Assembly: GCF_006345805.1 (NCBI RefSeq)
Contig: NC_043006.1
Coordinates: 21,390,001 to 21,454,000 of the forward strand
DNA from: Octopus sinensis
Lineage: Eukaryota
Length of the DNA: 64,000 bases
Direction: 5' to 3'
In this document: in pieces, positions 49,662 to 63,726 of the stretch
How positions within the stretch are numbered: the stretch's first letter is position 1
How the letters are laid out: every line of letters starts with the position of its first letter
Position numbers and translations under genes: made by a program
The notes under the pieces: generated by a model
The model's input: only the letters and a program-made list of their open reading frames with translations
Databases searched by the model: none
What the model was told of the DNA's origin: nothing

Positions 49662-51354
49662 ATATAGACTACAATACGAATGATGGAAGACTAATAAGGT
49701 CTTCTCTCATTAAGCATTTCCAATTAAATGTTTGATTGTAAGATAGCAACAGTCGATGCCGATCTTTGTATCATTATGTCTTACTTAACTGCTATTCTTT
49801 CCTACAACCTATTCATTCTCTGCCTTTCTCTCTCTCCCAGTTTCTACAGTACCATAATTTCTGTTTTTAGTCCCAGCCCTCTATTCTACATTCCCTTTAG
49901 GTCCTATTTCAATCTCTTTGCAATTTTAGAAAACCGGGGATAAATAAATTTTTCGCCGTGTCATAGAGTAAGGTTTGTAAACCAGTGTCCTAAGTTCAAT
50001 TCCTATTTGTATCCTCTTTACCCTTCCATCCGCTACCATTCTAAAATCGATGAAATAAGAATCAATTACATACTGCATACAATTACCTGAACAAATCCCA
50101 GAAAATCTTCACCTCGTGGACATTTCACTGTATACTTTATACGACGGGGCTTTTCCAGTTTCTGTCTACCAGATCCATTTACAAGGTTTTGGTCGACTAG
50201 GTGCTACAATAGAAGGTACTTACCCAAGGTGCCACGTGGAACTGAATTTACAGCCATGTGATTGGGAAGCAAACTTCTTATCACACAGCCATGCCTTACT
50301 TTGGACTTATTTAAATTTAGAAATATCAAATGACACAAGGCAAGAAAATATCAAGACTTTAGAGGACAGTTATAGTTAATTCAAAATTATCTAGCGTATT
50401 ACTGGTACTTTGTCCGATCACAAGTTAAAGAAAAGTATTATAAACCCCAGAGGATGGTGTATAAACTAACTAAAATATAAAATGATGGAATTAAACGATT
50501 TTGCCAGCTTCCGTTTATGTAGGCGTAGAGTCGGATAAATCATTTCTACTACAAGCACAAGTCCTTACAATTTACGGGAGGGGATCTAGTCTAGGCGATT
50601 ATATCGACCCCAGTGCTCGACTGGATTTTATGTTATCGACTCCGAAAGGGTGAAAAGCAATGTCGGTCTTGGCAAGATTTGAACTCAGAAATAAAGACGG
50701 CCGGAATGCCGCGACGCATTTTATCCGGTGAGCTAGCAATTCTGCCAGCGGACAGTCTTGTAGAGTTGAATAAATCAACACCAGTATGAATTACGAGAGA
50801 CTAATATGGAATCCGGTTTGTATCCAGAAAAGACTTTACCAAAAACTGCAGCTAATGCTACCACAGTCGCCATCATCAACAGCAAACTGTCAATTCCGTC
50901 TTTCGCCGCTTTTGACGATACTGTACGTCAATCAAATTGAATGCAGTATTTGTCTGGTACTCCTCTTATAAATTCCGAAAGTATAAAAAGCAAACTAGGG
51001 CCCGGCAGGATTTGAAATTTGAATTTAGTCGACATTTCTAAATTTAAATAAGTTATCGCTGTGTAGTAAGAATCTAATTTAGTTAATTGGTAAAATAATT
51101 TTCTTGGATCTTTACCGAGTTTTTTGGAAAGCAAACTAAATACGTGTCCCGGTTTAATAACTCAACTGCCTTTATCGGAATTCATACTATTGCAAGCTTT
51201 CGACCTAGGTCCCAGATATGGGGATAACTTCATCTTTTCCAGAAACCCGTCTCAGAAGCCCTTAAAAGTAGTTTCATTTGGGCTGTCCTTCTCTACTTCA
51301 CTAAGCAGTAAAAAATATAAAATAAGATAAAATTTAAATAAAACATCACGTCTT

Positions 51355-51760
51355 TCCTCTTTTACTCTTTAAGCCTTTTACTTGTTTCAGTCATTTGACT
51401 GTGGCCATGCTGGAGCACCGCCTTTAGTCGAGCAAATCGACCTCGGGACTTATTCTTTGTAAGCCTAGTACTTATTCTATCGCTGTTTGTTGCCGAACCG
51501 CTAAGTTACAGAGACATAGACACACCAGCATCGGTTGTCAAGCGATGTTGGGGGGACAAACACAAACACATAAACACACACACATACATACATATATATA
51601 TACATATATACCACGAGCTTCTTTCAGTTTCCGTCTACCAAATCCACTCACAAGGCTTTGGTCGGCCCGAGGCTATAGTAGAAGACACTTGCCCAAGATG
51701 CCACGCAGTGGGAATGAACCCGGAACCATGTGGTTGGTAAGCAAGCTACTTACCACAGCT
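51355..51760 (-). mobile_element. SINE family C
   Basis: Full-length homologue of 25885-26292. Confidence 0.85.
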
Positions 51761-51964
51761 GCTCCCGCGCTTCATGTATTGACGCCATTTTTAATTTCCC
51801 AAATGAAGACGATTTATCGAAATTCCTTGAATATGTCGTTGTCGTCGTCATCCTCTTCATCATCATCACTACTGTCGTTGTCGTCATAGTAATCATCGCC
51901 GTCGTTGTCGTCATAGTAATCATCGCCGTCGTTGTAGTCGTAGCTGTCGCAGTTGTCGTCATCA

Positions 51965-52665
51965 TTAGGTCAGTGAACAAGCAGAATCCTTAGCGTGACG
52001 GACAAAATAATTAGCGACGTTCATTTTAGTTCATTACGTTCTGAGTTCAAATTTCGGTCGAGATAGATTTGTCTTTTATCTTTCGGGGCCGATAAAATAA
52101 GCACCAATCAAGTACTTGGGTCTATGTAATTGACTTTCACCCCCCCCCCCTCAATACCGTTCACGTTCAACTCAGTAAGAGTTGTTATCATCATCGCCAT
52201 TAGAGTGGCAAGCTAGTAGGATCGCTCGAGATCAAACAAAATGACTTGAAGTATTTCTTTCGGCTCTTTGCAATCTGACTTCTAATTCCGCTGAATTTTT
52301 CGAAGTCGATAAAATAAGCACCGCTCTGCGTATTGCTGACGATGTAATTGGTTAACGTCCTACCACTAAAACTACTGGCCTTATGCGAAAATTCAAAACG
52401 ATTTTTCGGCTTTTAATATCATTAAGTCCGCCAAATAACAGAATCGTTAGCTCATCGGACAAAATGTTCGGCTGCATTTCTCCCAACGCTTCATGTTCTG
52501 AGTTCAAAGACCGCCGCGGTCAATTTTGCCTTTCATCCGTTATGGGGGCGGGGTCGATAAAATAAAGCTCCAGAGAAGTGCTGGGGTCGATGTAATTACC
52601 CAGCCTCCTCTCTTTCCCTTCAATAGCTTCTCCTGTACCAAAATTTGAAACAAGTATTATTATTC
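51965..52665 (+). mobile_element. Cluster of 3 degenerate SINE-A-related copies
   Basis: Repeated head, B-box and GTCGATAAAATAAG modules in the same orientation. Confidence 0.7.
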
Positions 52666-52892
52666 GAGATAATAAACACATTTTCACTTTTTTTTTTCCC
52701 TTTGAAACTTCTTTGGAAAAGGTTTGCTCTTCTTTTCTAGTAACTCATTGAATTAAAGATAACCTGAATGTCACACTAACTCTCTCTCTCTTTCCTTCTT
52801 TGTATCTTCCCCTCTCTCTTTCTTTCTACCATTCCCTCCCTCTCACACACACACTCATCCCTAAACACAAATATTCACATTCGCACATATTG

Positions 52893-53215
52893 GTACCCCG
52901 TTACTTTCGACGACGTGGGTTCCAGTTGATTTGATCAACGGAACAACCTGCTCACGAAACTAACGTGCAAGTAGCTGAGCACTCCACAGACAAGCGTACC
53001 CTTAACGTAGTTTTCATGGAGATTCAACGTGACATATGATGTGACAAGGCTGGCCCTTTGAAAAACAGGTACTACTCATCTTTTTTTCCAGCTGAGTGAA
53101 CTGAAGCAACGTGAAATAAATCGTCTTCAAGGACACAACGCGCCCCCGGGAATTGAACTCGCGATCTTGCGATCGTTAGCCGATTACCCTAACCACTAAA
53201 CCACGCGCCCTCTCT
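52893..53215 (-). mobile_element. Mosaic SINE: D-type head/central domain + B-type tail
   Basis: Tail matches family B (GGCCCTTTGAAA...GAGCACTCCACAGACA); the 5' half matches 59536-59670 (TTATTTCACGTTGCT.CAGTTCACTCAGCTG). Confidence 0.75.
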
Positions 53216-53809
53216 ACATTCACATATGTTCCCCCAATACATACAAATCCAGCTACACAAGCCTACCCCTCTTTCTATTTAATCATTCGGTATCGAACGG
53301 ATAAAAGCGAGATTACGAAGTTGGGGACATGCTAGAAAAGGCAACCTTGATCTTCAAATCACAACTATTATTCCTTTAAAACGACGTATCGGATAATTTA
53401 CTTCTCTGTGCCCTTAATAAACCCCACGGGCACTACTGTTCATAGATCTGCTAAATCAAGATTGACGGACAGATAAACAACTTCCTCTGGCTCTTGTAAT
53501 CTACACATCATTTCAATTTCACAATTCACTTGATATCATTCTCCTTATCCCTCAATCCCTCTTTCTCCCTTTCTCTGTCGTTCTCTATCTCTCTTTTTCT
53601 TTATCTTTATCTTTCACTTCCTCTCTTTCACTCACGTTCTCTAGCTCTTTCTCACCTCACTCCGCCAACCCCCCTCACCCTCTCTCTCTCTCAAAAGTTT
53701 GTTTTCAGTGTACTCAATTCACCTAAATTTTACATTTTCTAAAAGAATTATTTATTAATGCATGTACGTGCATTGCTACATGCACGCACACAGTCACACA
53801 AACATTCAC

Positions 53810-53841
<32 letters not shown>

Positions 53842-53879
53842 ACACACACACACACACACACATCTATATACAACCATAC

Positions 53880-54114
53880 AAGGCGGCGAGCTGGCTTAAA
53901 CGTTAGCACGCCGGGCGAAATGCTTAGCAGTATTTCGTCTGCCGCTACGTTCAGAGTTCAAATTCCGCCGAGGTCGACTTTGCCTTTCATCCTTTCGGGG
54001 TCAATTAAATAAGTACCAGTTACGCACTAGGGTCGATATAATCGACTGAATCCGTTTGTCTGTCCTTGTTTGTCCTCTCTGTGTTTAGCCCCTTGTGGGT
54101 AGTAAAGAAACATT
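53880..54114 (+). mobile_element. SINE-A monomer with 13-bp TSD
   Basis: TSD TATACAACCATAC at 53867-53879 and 54115-54127. Confidence 0.9.
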
Positions 54115-54503
54115 TATACAACCATACGTACATACGCATACATCCACACATACATGTTTGCACAACACTGCGGCACATGCCAATACGTAGTTACTAAAAG
54201 TTTCTCACTGCATATTTAAGCTCTCAGAATTAAATCAATGTTTGTGGGAAACATATGTAGTACTCGACTTGCCGGTGGAAATCCACGCCGCCATCTCTTG
54301 GCGGCGTGGATCTTCACCTCGGCATCCCAAACTCGGAGTTTAACCATGGCTACCGAATAACTGTCACAAATTACATTTACAGATAAATTCTTCTATTTAC
54401 ATAATATCGAGGTCTCTTTCATTCATTTGTTGTCTTACCATTTTTATCAATATATATATATTTTTTCTCTCTCCTTGTTTCTCTCCTTGTTTTATCTGTG
54501 TCC

Positions 54504-54539
54504 CTTTCTGTAGAAGAGCATAGGCTCGAAACGTAAAAG
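54504..54539 (+). ncRNA. Minimal type I hammerhead motif F1
   Basis: CTTT CTGTAGA A GAGC ATAG GCTC GAA ACGT A AAAG. Confidence 0.7.
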
Positions 54540-54630
54540 CCTTTTTCTATTCCTGAGCGTTATACTAATACATCTGTTTGTTTTGTACACCACCTGTCTT
54601 CGTTTTTGTTGATTTTTCGTAAACTCTCCC

Positions 54631-54716
<86 letters not shown>

Positions 54717-54887
54717 AATATACAGTAAGAGGAGAGACATAATATCAAGACAGATACACGATTTCTGAGAAAGATGCCAAGGCTGGTCCCTTCTGATGGT
54801 GCGGTTTTTGGTAAACTTCTTTTAGCTCCCATCCAATATTACAGTTTCTTTCTGATAATAAGGGGAATGAAGAATTTGAACACTCAA

Positions 54888-54946
<59 letters not shown>

Positions 54947-54949
<3 letters not shown>

Positions 54950-55406
54950 TTGTATACTGTCAACATAACGTGACAGTCCCTTAAGGGAATTAACCCACCG
55001 CTATTTAGCCCTAGGAAGCATCGACGCTTTCTGTCGGCTTTGACATATTTCCTGTGTCCTCATATTTGCGAAGGGGAGACAAGCACCCCCACCAGCTAAG
55101 ATTCACACCTGAAGACATGCATGTTTCGGAGTCTAGGGTAGCAAGTCCTGCTAGTTGAGTTGCCTGTCAAGCCTTCGCAAATATATGTATTTACAGTGAA
55201 ATCTATTCACTGGTCACCGAAATTAGAAATATTGAATTTCTAAATGTCTCAGAGAGACATGAGCCGTGGTGGAGCGATGAAGTGGTTATAAGGACACAGG
55301 AAACGTGTCAAAGCCGACAGGAAGCGTCGATGCTTCCAAGGGCTAAATAGCGGTGGTGTAATTCTCTTTATGGGACTGTCTCGTTATGTTGACAGTATAC
55401 AACCAG
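54947..55406. mobile_element. MITE with ~114-bp imperfect TIRs
   Basis: TGGTTGTATACTGTCAACATAAC...CCTGTGTCCT (54947-55060) against AGGACACAGG...GTTATGTTGACAGTATACAACCA (55291-55405); TA on the right side, left side eroded by (AG)n. Confidence 0.8.
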
Positions 55407-55599
55407 TAAATAGCAGTAAATATCAATAATTGGTAATAACAACAATGATATTAGTGGCCAGCAAATAATAACAGCGTTAAATTGCTACACAATAAAAATT
55501 ATGATAATAATTATAATTATATTTGCTACGTTTATATATTTAATGTGCAAGATTTTTTATGTGAAGTCGTGTGTTAAAACAGATATTGTTATATTTCGG

Positions 55600-55955
55600 A
55601 ATGGTCATATTGCCAGTTTAGCCAATAAAAACACACGCACTATAAATTTGTTGTTACTTTGCTTCAGTGTTATTTATTTTTTACATTAATCTTAATCTTA
55701 TTTCGGCCAGAGTTCTTTCGTCACACTCCTGTGACCGCATCAGTGGTCCTTTGTTTTCTTCTTTCTAATTTGTGTCTCTCCTTACTAACTGTCAGCCATT
55801 TTGATGCGGTCACAGGAGTGTGACGAAAGAACTCTGGCCGAAATAAGATTAAGATTAATGTAAAAAATAAATAACACTGAAGCAAAGTAACACCAAATAT
55901 ATAGTGCGTGTGTTTTTATTGGCTAAACTGGCAAAATGACCATTCCGAAATATAA
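55600..55955. repeat. Inverted repeat with ~140-bp arms (fold-back, probable PLE end)
   Basis: 55600-55740 is the reverse complement of about 55802-55955; further partial matching lies outside the arms. Confidence 0.85.
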
Positions 55956-55989
55956 CAATTATAATTTCTGTTGTATAGCAATTTAACGC

Positions 55990-56095
55990 CTAGTACTTAT
56001 TCTATCGGTCTCTTTTGCAGAACCGCTAAGTGACGGGGACGTAAACACACCAGCATCGGTTGTCAGGCAATGCTAGGGGGACAAACACACACACA

Positions 56096-56175
<80 letters not shown>

Positions 56176-56359
56176 CATACATATATATATATATATACAT
56201 ATATACGACAGGCTTCTTTCAGTTTCCGTCTACTAAATCCAATCACAAGGCATCGGTCGGCCCGGGGCTATAGTAGAAGACACTTGCCCAAGATGCCACG
56301 CAGTGGGACTGAACCCGGAACCATGTGGTTGGTAAGCAAGCTACTTACCACACATCCAC
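55990..56359 (-). mobile_element. SINE family C lacking its tail
   Basis: Homologous to 25885-26292. Confidence 0.8.
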
Positions 56360-57078
56360 TCCTACGCCTATATATATATATATATATATATCATTTAATA
56401 ATCGCAGGCTTTAAATGTGAGTTACGGGAAGCTTCATGTATGATAACGCAATTATTGGACGATACTGCTATAGTCTGATATGTACCATCAAGCAATCTTT
56501 CACGCTGTTTTATGTGTGTGTATGTTTGTGTGTGTGTATGTTTGTGTGTATGTATGTTTGTCTGTGTGTGAGTGCGTACGTGTTTGTGCGTGCGTGTGTG
56601 TATATCCATAAATGTATATATGTAGATATATGTATGTATTTATGTATGTATCTATGCATGTATGTTACATAAGTTTGTTCAAAGCTAACAATGAATTAGC
56701 ATCTGTTCGTACAGATATGGGTAAGACTTCCTTTTGTGGAAGAAATCTCCCCTCTTTTCATTCTTGTCCAAGAGGAAGACTGCTGCTTCAAGTAGATACA
56801 GTAGGGGTCGTTATCAGAATGTAAAGGGTGAGAACAGATATCGCGAGGCACCTCGCTCAATGGTTTAACAGTTTTACCAATCCAACACCCTGAGTTGGAA
56901 ATGTTTTATGGACTCCTCGGTGGAGTTGAAACTCAGAGCTTAGTAAAACACAAAAAATACCCGAAAATGCAACACCTCCAGTCCAACATTCTATATATGT
57001 ATATGTGTGTATGCGTGTTGTGTGTGTGCCTGTGAAAGTGTATATGTGTGTGCGAGTGTATATATATATATATATATC

Positions 57079-57139
<61 letters not shown>

Positions 57140-57229
57140 TATAGATAGATAGACAGATAGATAGACATAATATAATATATAGAAACATATGTCTATATAT
57201 ATGTACATGTACGCACAATTTTTCATACA

Positions 57230-57273
<44 letters not shown>

Positions 57274-58792
57274 CACACACACATATTTACACATACACAC
57301 ACATATTTACACAAACACACACATGTGTATAGTGACACACAATACCTATATATTTATATTCATACTCCCGCGCGCATGCGCATACATGTGTGTCTGCATC
57401 TGTTTGTGCCTGTGTGCGTACATAAAACAAACTCATATATATACTGTAAGAGAAAACCGCCCGGTTGGATAGATTTCTTCCAAATATATTAATCATAACA
57501 GTTTGACGTAACATGCAGCAGTTGACGAAACATTTATTTTTCTCCCTAGTTAATACAATCCTATGGAATATGTCGCTGATTTCTAATATGGAAACAAATT
57601 ATTTAATAATTATTCAGATTTATGTTAATAGCAAGTTCAGATTTGCTAGTTTAATGGGATTTTTTTCACATTATTGTGATTCAGTGTTATTTGTCATGTA
57701 ATCCATAAAGATATATTACACGTATTTTATTTCTCTTAACCGTCTATTGATCTGTCTAGCATGCTATAGCGAGCTGTTCTATCTTTTCTCGATTTATGTA
57801 TTAGCTAAGCTATCGGCCTGCTTGTCTATTAATCTTTTTGAGACCATATATTAGTCGTCTTTGCTTTTATGCGTTTGTGTTTATACATAAATACATACAT
57901 GCATACATGAATACAAACATGCATATATACGTCCCTGAGCTTATGGTTCCGATTACATGGTTTCCATGACGAAAGAGTGACCGAGAGAAAAACATCCCTG
58001 TTGAACAGAACGCCAGTCCGTTGAAAGTTTCTTTATTTGCACCTGAGAGGACTGGAGCGACAAGAAGTACACCTTAATTACTGGCCACGTGCCTTTACAC
58101 ACACACACACAGTGAATTAAGTTGCCGGTGATTGTGAGGAAGCCTGTCCACATATATATTGGGTCATCCCGTAAATAATGCGTTTTTTTTAATACTTCCT
58201 ATATTTTTCAAAATTAAGAAAAGGTTCTTTTTTAATCTAAAATTTGCTTTTTAATCTAAAATTTTAATCTAAAACTTGCAAGGACCCTCTTCCAAAATTC
58301 ACTTGTCCGTGACGAAAAATACTCCTCCACTACTGTTCTGACCTCGTCTGTAGAATCCATATCTTTTCGATCCAAAGGGTTTGAAGACAGCGGAATAAAT
58401 GATAATCAGATGGGGCAATGTCCGGCGAATATGCTGGGTGGGGCATCGGTTCCCATTCAAACTGCTCCAGCCTTTGGAATGTCATCCTCGCTGTATGTGG
58501 CCGAACATTATCCTGATGGAAGAACACCTTACGTCTTGAAATCAAAGATAGTCGTTTTTCTTTTAGCACTGACTTAAGCTGCTCAAGCTGCTCACAGTAG
58601 ATCTCCTTTGTTATCGTTTAGGTTTTGGATTAATCGGTCAAAGTGGACTAAACCTTTCATATCTAACCAAGCATATAACAACACCTTCCGGGGATGAAGA
58701 CCTCGGGTTCCGGTGTTTTTCCTTTCCCCCACTGTCTTTTCCCATTGTCTCCAGCCCTTGACATTTTTAGAGAGAACCCATTTTACGTCACC

Positions 58793-59180
58793 TTTCTTAA
58801 GCACTCCGTCGGTTACGACGACGAGGGTTCCGGTTGATCCGAATCAACGGAACAGCCTGCTCGTGAAATTAACGTGTAAGTGGCTGAGCACTCCACAGAC
58901 ACGTGTACACTTAACGTAGTTCTCGGGGATATTCAGCGTGACACAGAGAGTGACAAGGCCGGCCCTTTGAAATACAGGTACAACAGAAACAGGAGGTAAG
59001 AGTGAGAGAAAGTTGTGGTGAAAGAGTACAGCAGGGATCACCACCATCCCCTGCTGGAGCCTCGTGGAGCTTTAGGTGTTTTCGCTCAATAAACACTCAC
59101 AACGCCCGGTCTGGGAATCGAAACCGCGATCCTATGACCGCGAGTCCGCTACCCTAACCACTGGGCCATTGCGCCTCCAC
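58793..59180 (-). mobile_element. SINE family B inside mariner with 11-bp TSD
   Basis: TSD TTTACGTCACC at 58782-58792 and 59181-59191, duplicating the GDVK codons. Confidence 0.92.
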
Positions 59181-59535
59181 TTTACGTCACCAGTCACAAT
59201 TCGGTTCAAAAATGGTTCATTCGTGAGACGTAACAGCAAAGAAAAGCACACATTCACTCTCTGCCCATGAATAGACTCGGAAAGTTTGTGAGCAACCCAT
59301 TGAGTCAAATTGCTGACTTTTCGGATGGCACATGGGTGTCTATGAATGGTTGAATAACCAAATCCAAGCTTCTCTGCCAGTTTCTCAACAATTATGATGG
59401 GATTTTGTTCCACCAGAGTTTTCAGAACGTCCTCGACGAGCTCTACAGAAATTCCAGGATGAGTTTCGTCTTCTAGGCAGTAACTTCCGGCCCCCACTTT
59501 CTAGAACCACTGTCGACACTGACTTACGCTTATTG

Positions 59536-59865
59536 TTGGCTCAGTGGTTAGATCATCGCGCTTACGATCGTGAGATTGTGAGCTCGAATCCCGGACCGGG
59601 CTGCGTGTTGTGTTCTTGAGCAAGACACTTTATTTCACGTTGCTCCAGTTCACTCAGCTGTAGAAATGAGTTGCGACCTCACAGGTGCCAAGCTGTATCG
59701 GCCCTTGCCTTTCCCTTGGACAACATCGGTGACGTGGAGAGGGGAGGCTGGTATGCATGGGCGACTGCTGGTCTTCCATAAAACAACCTTGCCCAGACTC
59801 GTGCCTTAGAGGGTAACTCTCTAAGTGCAAACCCATGGTCAGTGTCTGACCGAAGGGGGTCATTC
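59536..59865 (+). mobile_element. tRNA-derived SINE family D inside mariner
   Basis: TGGCTCAGTGG A-box, GCTCGAATCCC B-box, TTGAGCAAGACACTT central motif. Confidence 0.8.
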
Positions 59866-60160
59866 ATTCATATACTGCATTAATATTTCTCGCACTTTAC
59901 GCTGCATTGTTGCCTTTATTGAACTCATATAGCACAATATGCCGAATGTGCTCCTTTGTCACTTCAATTATAGCTTTGAAAAAATTACTGTTAAAATTGA
60001 AATGCATTCTTCAAAACATGCACTAAGAATAAGCAACAAGGTAAATTTGCAACTTGCTTTTATAGCAAGTTGATGCAGGTAGTTTATCCCGTCCCCCTCT
60101 GACTTTTAGTTCATGTAATTGAAAAAAACCCACATTATTTACGGGATGACACTATATATG

Positions 60161-60210
<50 letters not shown>

Positions 60211-60298
60211 CGTATGTGTGTGTGTGCGTATGTGTGTGTGTGTATGTATGTGTGTGTATGTGTGTGTGTATGTATGTGTGTGTGTATATATGTATGTT

Positions 60299-60329
<31 letters not shown>

Positions 60330-60331
60330 GT

Positions 60332-60385
<54 letters not shown>

Positions 60386-61929
60386 CCGTGTGGGTGAATG
60401 TTTCTCCTCCCTACCACTGCTTGACAATCGGCGCTGCTTTGTTTGAATCTCTGTGGCTTTGTGGTTCGGGAAAAATAGGCCAACAAATTAAGCACCAGAC
60501 ATAAAAAAGACAAGTAGTGGAGTCGATTTCTTCAACTGCACCCTCCAAAATATTGCCCCTTCTTGACTGCAGTCCAATAAATGAAACAAGTGAAAGATAA
60601 CAATAAGATTTTAAAAAAATACATACCTAGGTATGTTTGTGTAAGTGTATGTTTGAGTGTTTATGTGTATTGTAACCAACATGACCAGACACTGTTTTCA
60701 TTTCCTGTATAACACAAAGCGGTCAATACGAACTCGGAGAGTGTCTCGTACAGGGAATTGAATATATATTTAGTAACTGTAGCTGCTTCCGGAGCAAAAT
60801 TTTCCAGCAGTATCTTGATTTCTTCATTTATTTTACGTATGATTTATCTCTGTTGACTTTTGACTTGTATTTCACTGTTAGTAAAAATGATTATAGTTAT
60901 TTTTTTTCTTCTTTTTTGTGGTATTCTACGAAAAAACACTGTAGCACTGTCAAGGAATGTTTTTTTCTCTATCTAAGTTTATTTCGTTTTCTGTACTATA
61001 ACGATGTACGGTAGCTTTTTGTGAATGCATAGTCAACCAACAAAAACGTGCTGTACTTGTGTGTCTGATATAACAGTTTGAATTATAATGTTTCTGTTTT
61101 ACATTAGTTGTCTGAACTATCATTTCTGGTTTGCCAGTCTGTGGTTTCATTTTGATGTTATTGTACGATATCGAAAAAGCTTCTGGTGGTTGGATATCAT
61201 ACATTTGTTCTGCTTTATTCTCTTAAATTATATTGTAATGACGCAGTCATCCATTTTGTAACCAAAATGCCTCTGGTTTTTCAGGAACACAATATGTGTG
61301 GTATACAAATTGTTTAGTGTGTGCTACATCAGTTGTATCAGTGTGGGTGCATTTATTCTTGCATTATTCTATGTAATCTTTTATTAATCTGTTAAGGAAA
61401 CCATTATCGGTTTATACTTGTTTTATACATAAGATTTCCTTATTTAAGGATTCTTTGGTGAAAAAATTTACAGCTCTTCTAAAAAAAATGGGCGATTTGA
61501 CTACAGATATTTTGAATTTAGGGGGAAACTCACTCTCATCATGAACATACAAATATTTATGAGTATGTACTGGTACATTCTGAGGAGCTATATGTATTAT
61601 TCTTTATTACTACATTTATAACAAAGAATGGAGTGATGTTTTGATCTGGACTTATACGGCTATGCTGGATCATAAATGAAAAGATGGGGTTATTTTGAAG
61701 ACGTCATTTAAGTACTATCAGATTACAAGATTAGTTGACCAATGAGATTAGAATAATACACGAGCAACTTCACCCACAATGATATGATAGTTGCAACACA
61801 AATTTAAAATTAAAAAACCACACATACCCTATATTATATGCTTAAAGAATGAATGAAAATGTCGTTAAATACTCATAAGACAGAACACAATGTGTTTCAC
61901 AGAGGTAGTTCTGATTGTACCAGTTCGTT

Positions 61930-62870
61930 GTGTAATTCTTCTACATAAAGGTACTACACAATAAACAATACATTTGTGACATCAATGAATCCAAATCTCA
62001 AATCTTCTTCCCAAAAATTCAGCTGTACACTGTTGTACCCAGGTTTTCACCACTAGTTTCACCTCGTCATTGTTATCAGTTCGTTGGCTCCGAAAGTTGC
62101 TCTTCATTGGACCGAGCAAGTGGAAATCGGAGTTGAAAAGTAGATGAAATCTGAGCTGTATCATAAGATGAAAGACTACTGATCGAGATGTGTTTAGTTG
62201 CACATTATCATGGTGAATTTGGTTCATTTTCAGGTTTCTGTTCTGTCTCTACTTATTGCTGACCTGTCTAAGCGTTTTTGAGTATCTTCATATAATGCTC
62301 ACCGTTCACAGTATAACCATATTCCAGGAAATTAAGGTGAATATGTCTGTGCTATCTTCATCAATAAAAAAATAAGTACTGGGCAATATTTTCAGTACCG
62401 ATCGCTAGATCTTTAAATTTTTAGGCCTTGCAGAAGAGTTGAGACGCTGTCTCATGGACTGATCCGTTTTCCCGTATCATAAAGATAGACCGTCGTTTCA
62501 TACCATATCACCGACCTAAAGAAAAGCGTGTCTTCATTGGCTTGAAACGCTTCCAGCAGATCAGAGCAGATTTCACTCCTCTCCCTTTCAATTCGAGTGT
62601 CAGCTACTTTGCACACGCTTTCCAGAATCTTCTGTAATGCATCGGAATCACAGACTAGATGTTCAACAAGCTTAAGCTTGTGATTCAGATGACCATACAA
62701 ATCAATTCTTCCACTCGGAGACGATTAGTGTCGATGGTCACAGTTCATAGCCTCCGACTGTATGGTTTGTCTGCAATATTGGTTTCTTCTTCATTAAACT
62801 TCAGTCTTCTGCTCACATTGCTCTTGCCAATGGGATCATTTCTGAAAATAACTTAGAACCTTTTATAGAT
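61930..62870 (-). pseudogene. Highly degenerate mariner transposase
   Basis: NRLRVEELI, FFRSVIWYETTVYLYD (decayed TGDETW..YD), IHHDNV, SDFHLLGPMK..DNNDEVKLVVKTW. Confidence 0.7.
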
Positions 62871-62896
62871 GTCACACATATTGCACCCTCAATTTC

Positions 62897-63330
62897 ATCA
62901 ACAGTTCAAGGCGGCGATCTGGCAGAAACGTTAGCACGCCGGGTGAAATGCTTTGCGGTATTTCGTCTGCCTTTTTCGTTCTGAGTTCAAATTCCGCCGA
63001 GGTCGACTTTGCCTTTCATCTTTTCGGGGTCGATTAAATAAGTACCAGTTATGCACTGGGGTCGATGTAATCGACTTAATCCATTTGTCTGTCCTTGTTT
63101 GTCCTCTCTGTGTTTAGCCTCTTGTGGGTAGTATAGAAATTGGTATTTCGTCTGCGGCTACGTTCTGAGTTCAATTTCCGCCGAGGTCGACTTTGCCTTT
63201 CATCCTTTCGGGGACGATTAACTAAGTACCAGTTACGCACTGGGATCGATGTAATCGATTCAACCCGTTTGTTTGTCCTTGTTTGTCCCCTCTGTGTTTA
63301 GCCCCTTGTGGGCAGTAAAGAAATAGGTAT
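62897..63330 (+). mobile_element. SINE-A head + 2 units (dimer)
   Basis: The second unit restarts at GGTATTTCGTCTG (about 63140); the element ends GAAATAGGTATTT. Confidence 0.85.
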
Positions 63331-63558
63331 TTGGTGACAGCTTGGAACCATTTACCATCCTGAAACGAAGAAGAAATGAAGGAATATTACAGAGAAAGAG
63401 TTGCCTTAACCAATTCATGCAATTTCTTTTAATTGACAAAATCAGTTAAAAAAAGTTCTATTTAGTTTTACATTTCTATCGTACGACTGTACGATAGTGC
63501 GTGTTAAAACTGTTTCCTATTTAGACACACACACGCACACACACACACACACACACAC

Positions 63559-63611
<53 letters not shown>

Positions 63612-63668
63612 AGGCACACATATATATACGTGTATATATACATACATAAATTCATATATATATATTAT

Positions 63669-63712
<44 letters not shown>

Positions 63713-63726
63713 GTATGTATATATAT

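Larger units (their letters stand above)
58159..60154 (-). mobile_element. Full-length dead mariner (D,D34D) with TIRs, carrying two nested SINEs
   Basis: TIR core GTCATCCCGTAAATAATG at both ends; TA at 58157-58 and 60155-56. Reconstructed transposase: (M)EVTKEHIRHIVLYEFNKG...QWVAHKL...RIVTGDVKW...HQDNVRPH...HPAYSPDIAPSDYHLF. About 1.26 kb after removing the SINEs. Confidence 0.92.

Noticed and set aside
60950-61204. Gypsy gag-like start (YDIQPPEAF)
   Set aside because: Only a few residues resemble it; no supporting downstream motifs or LTRs.
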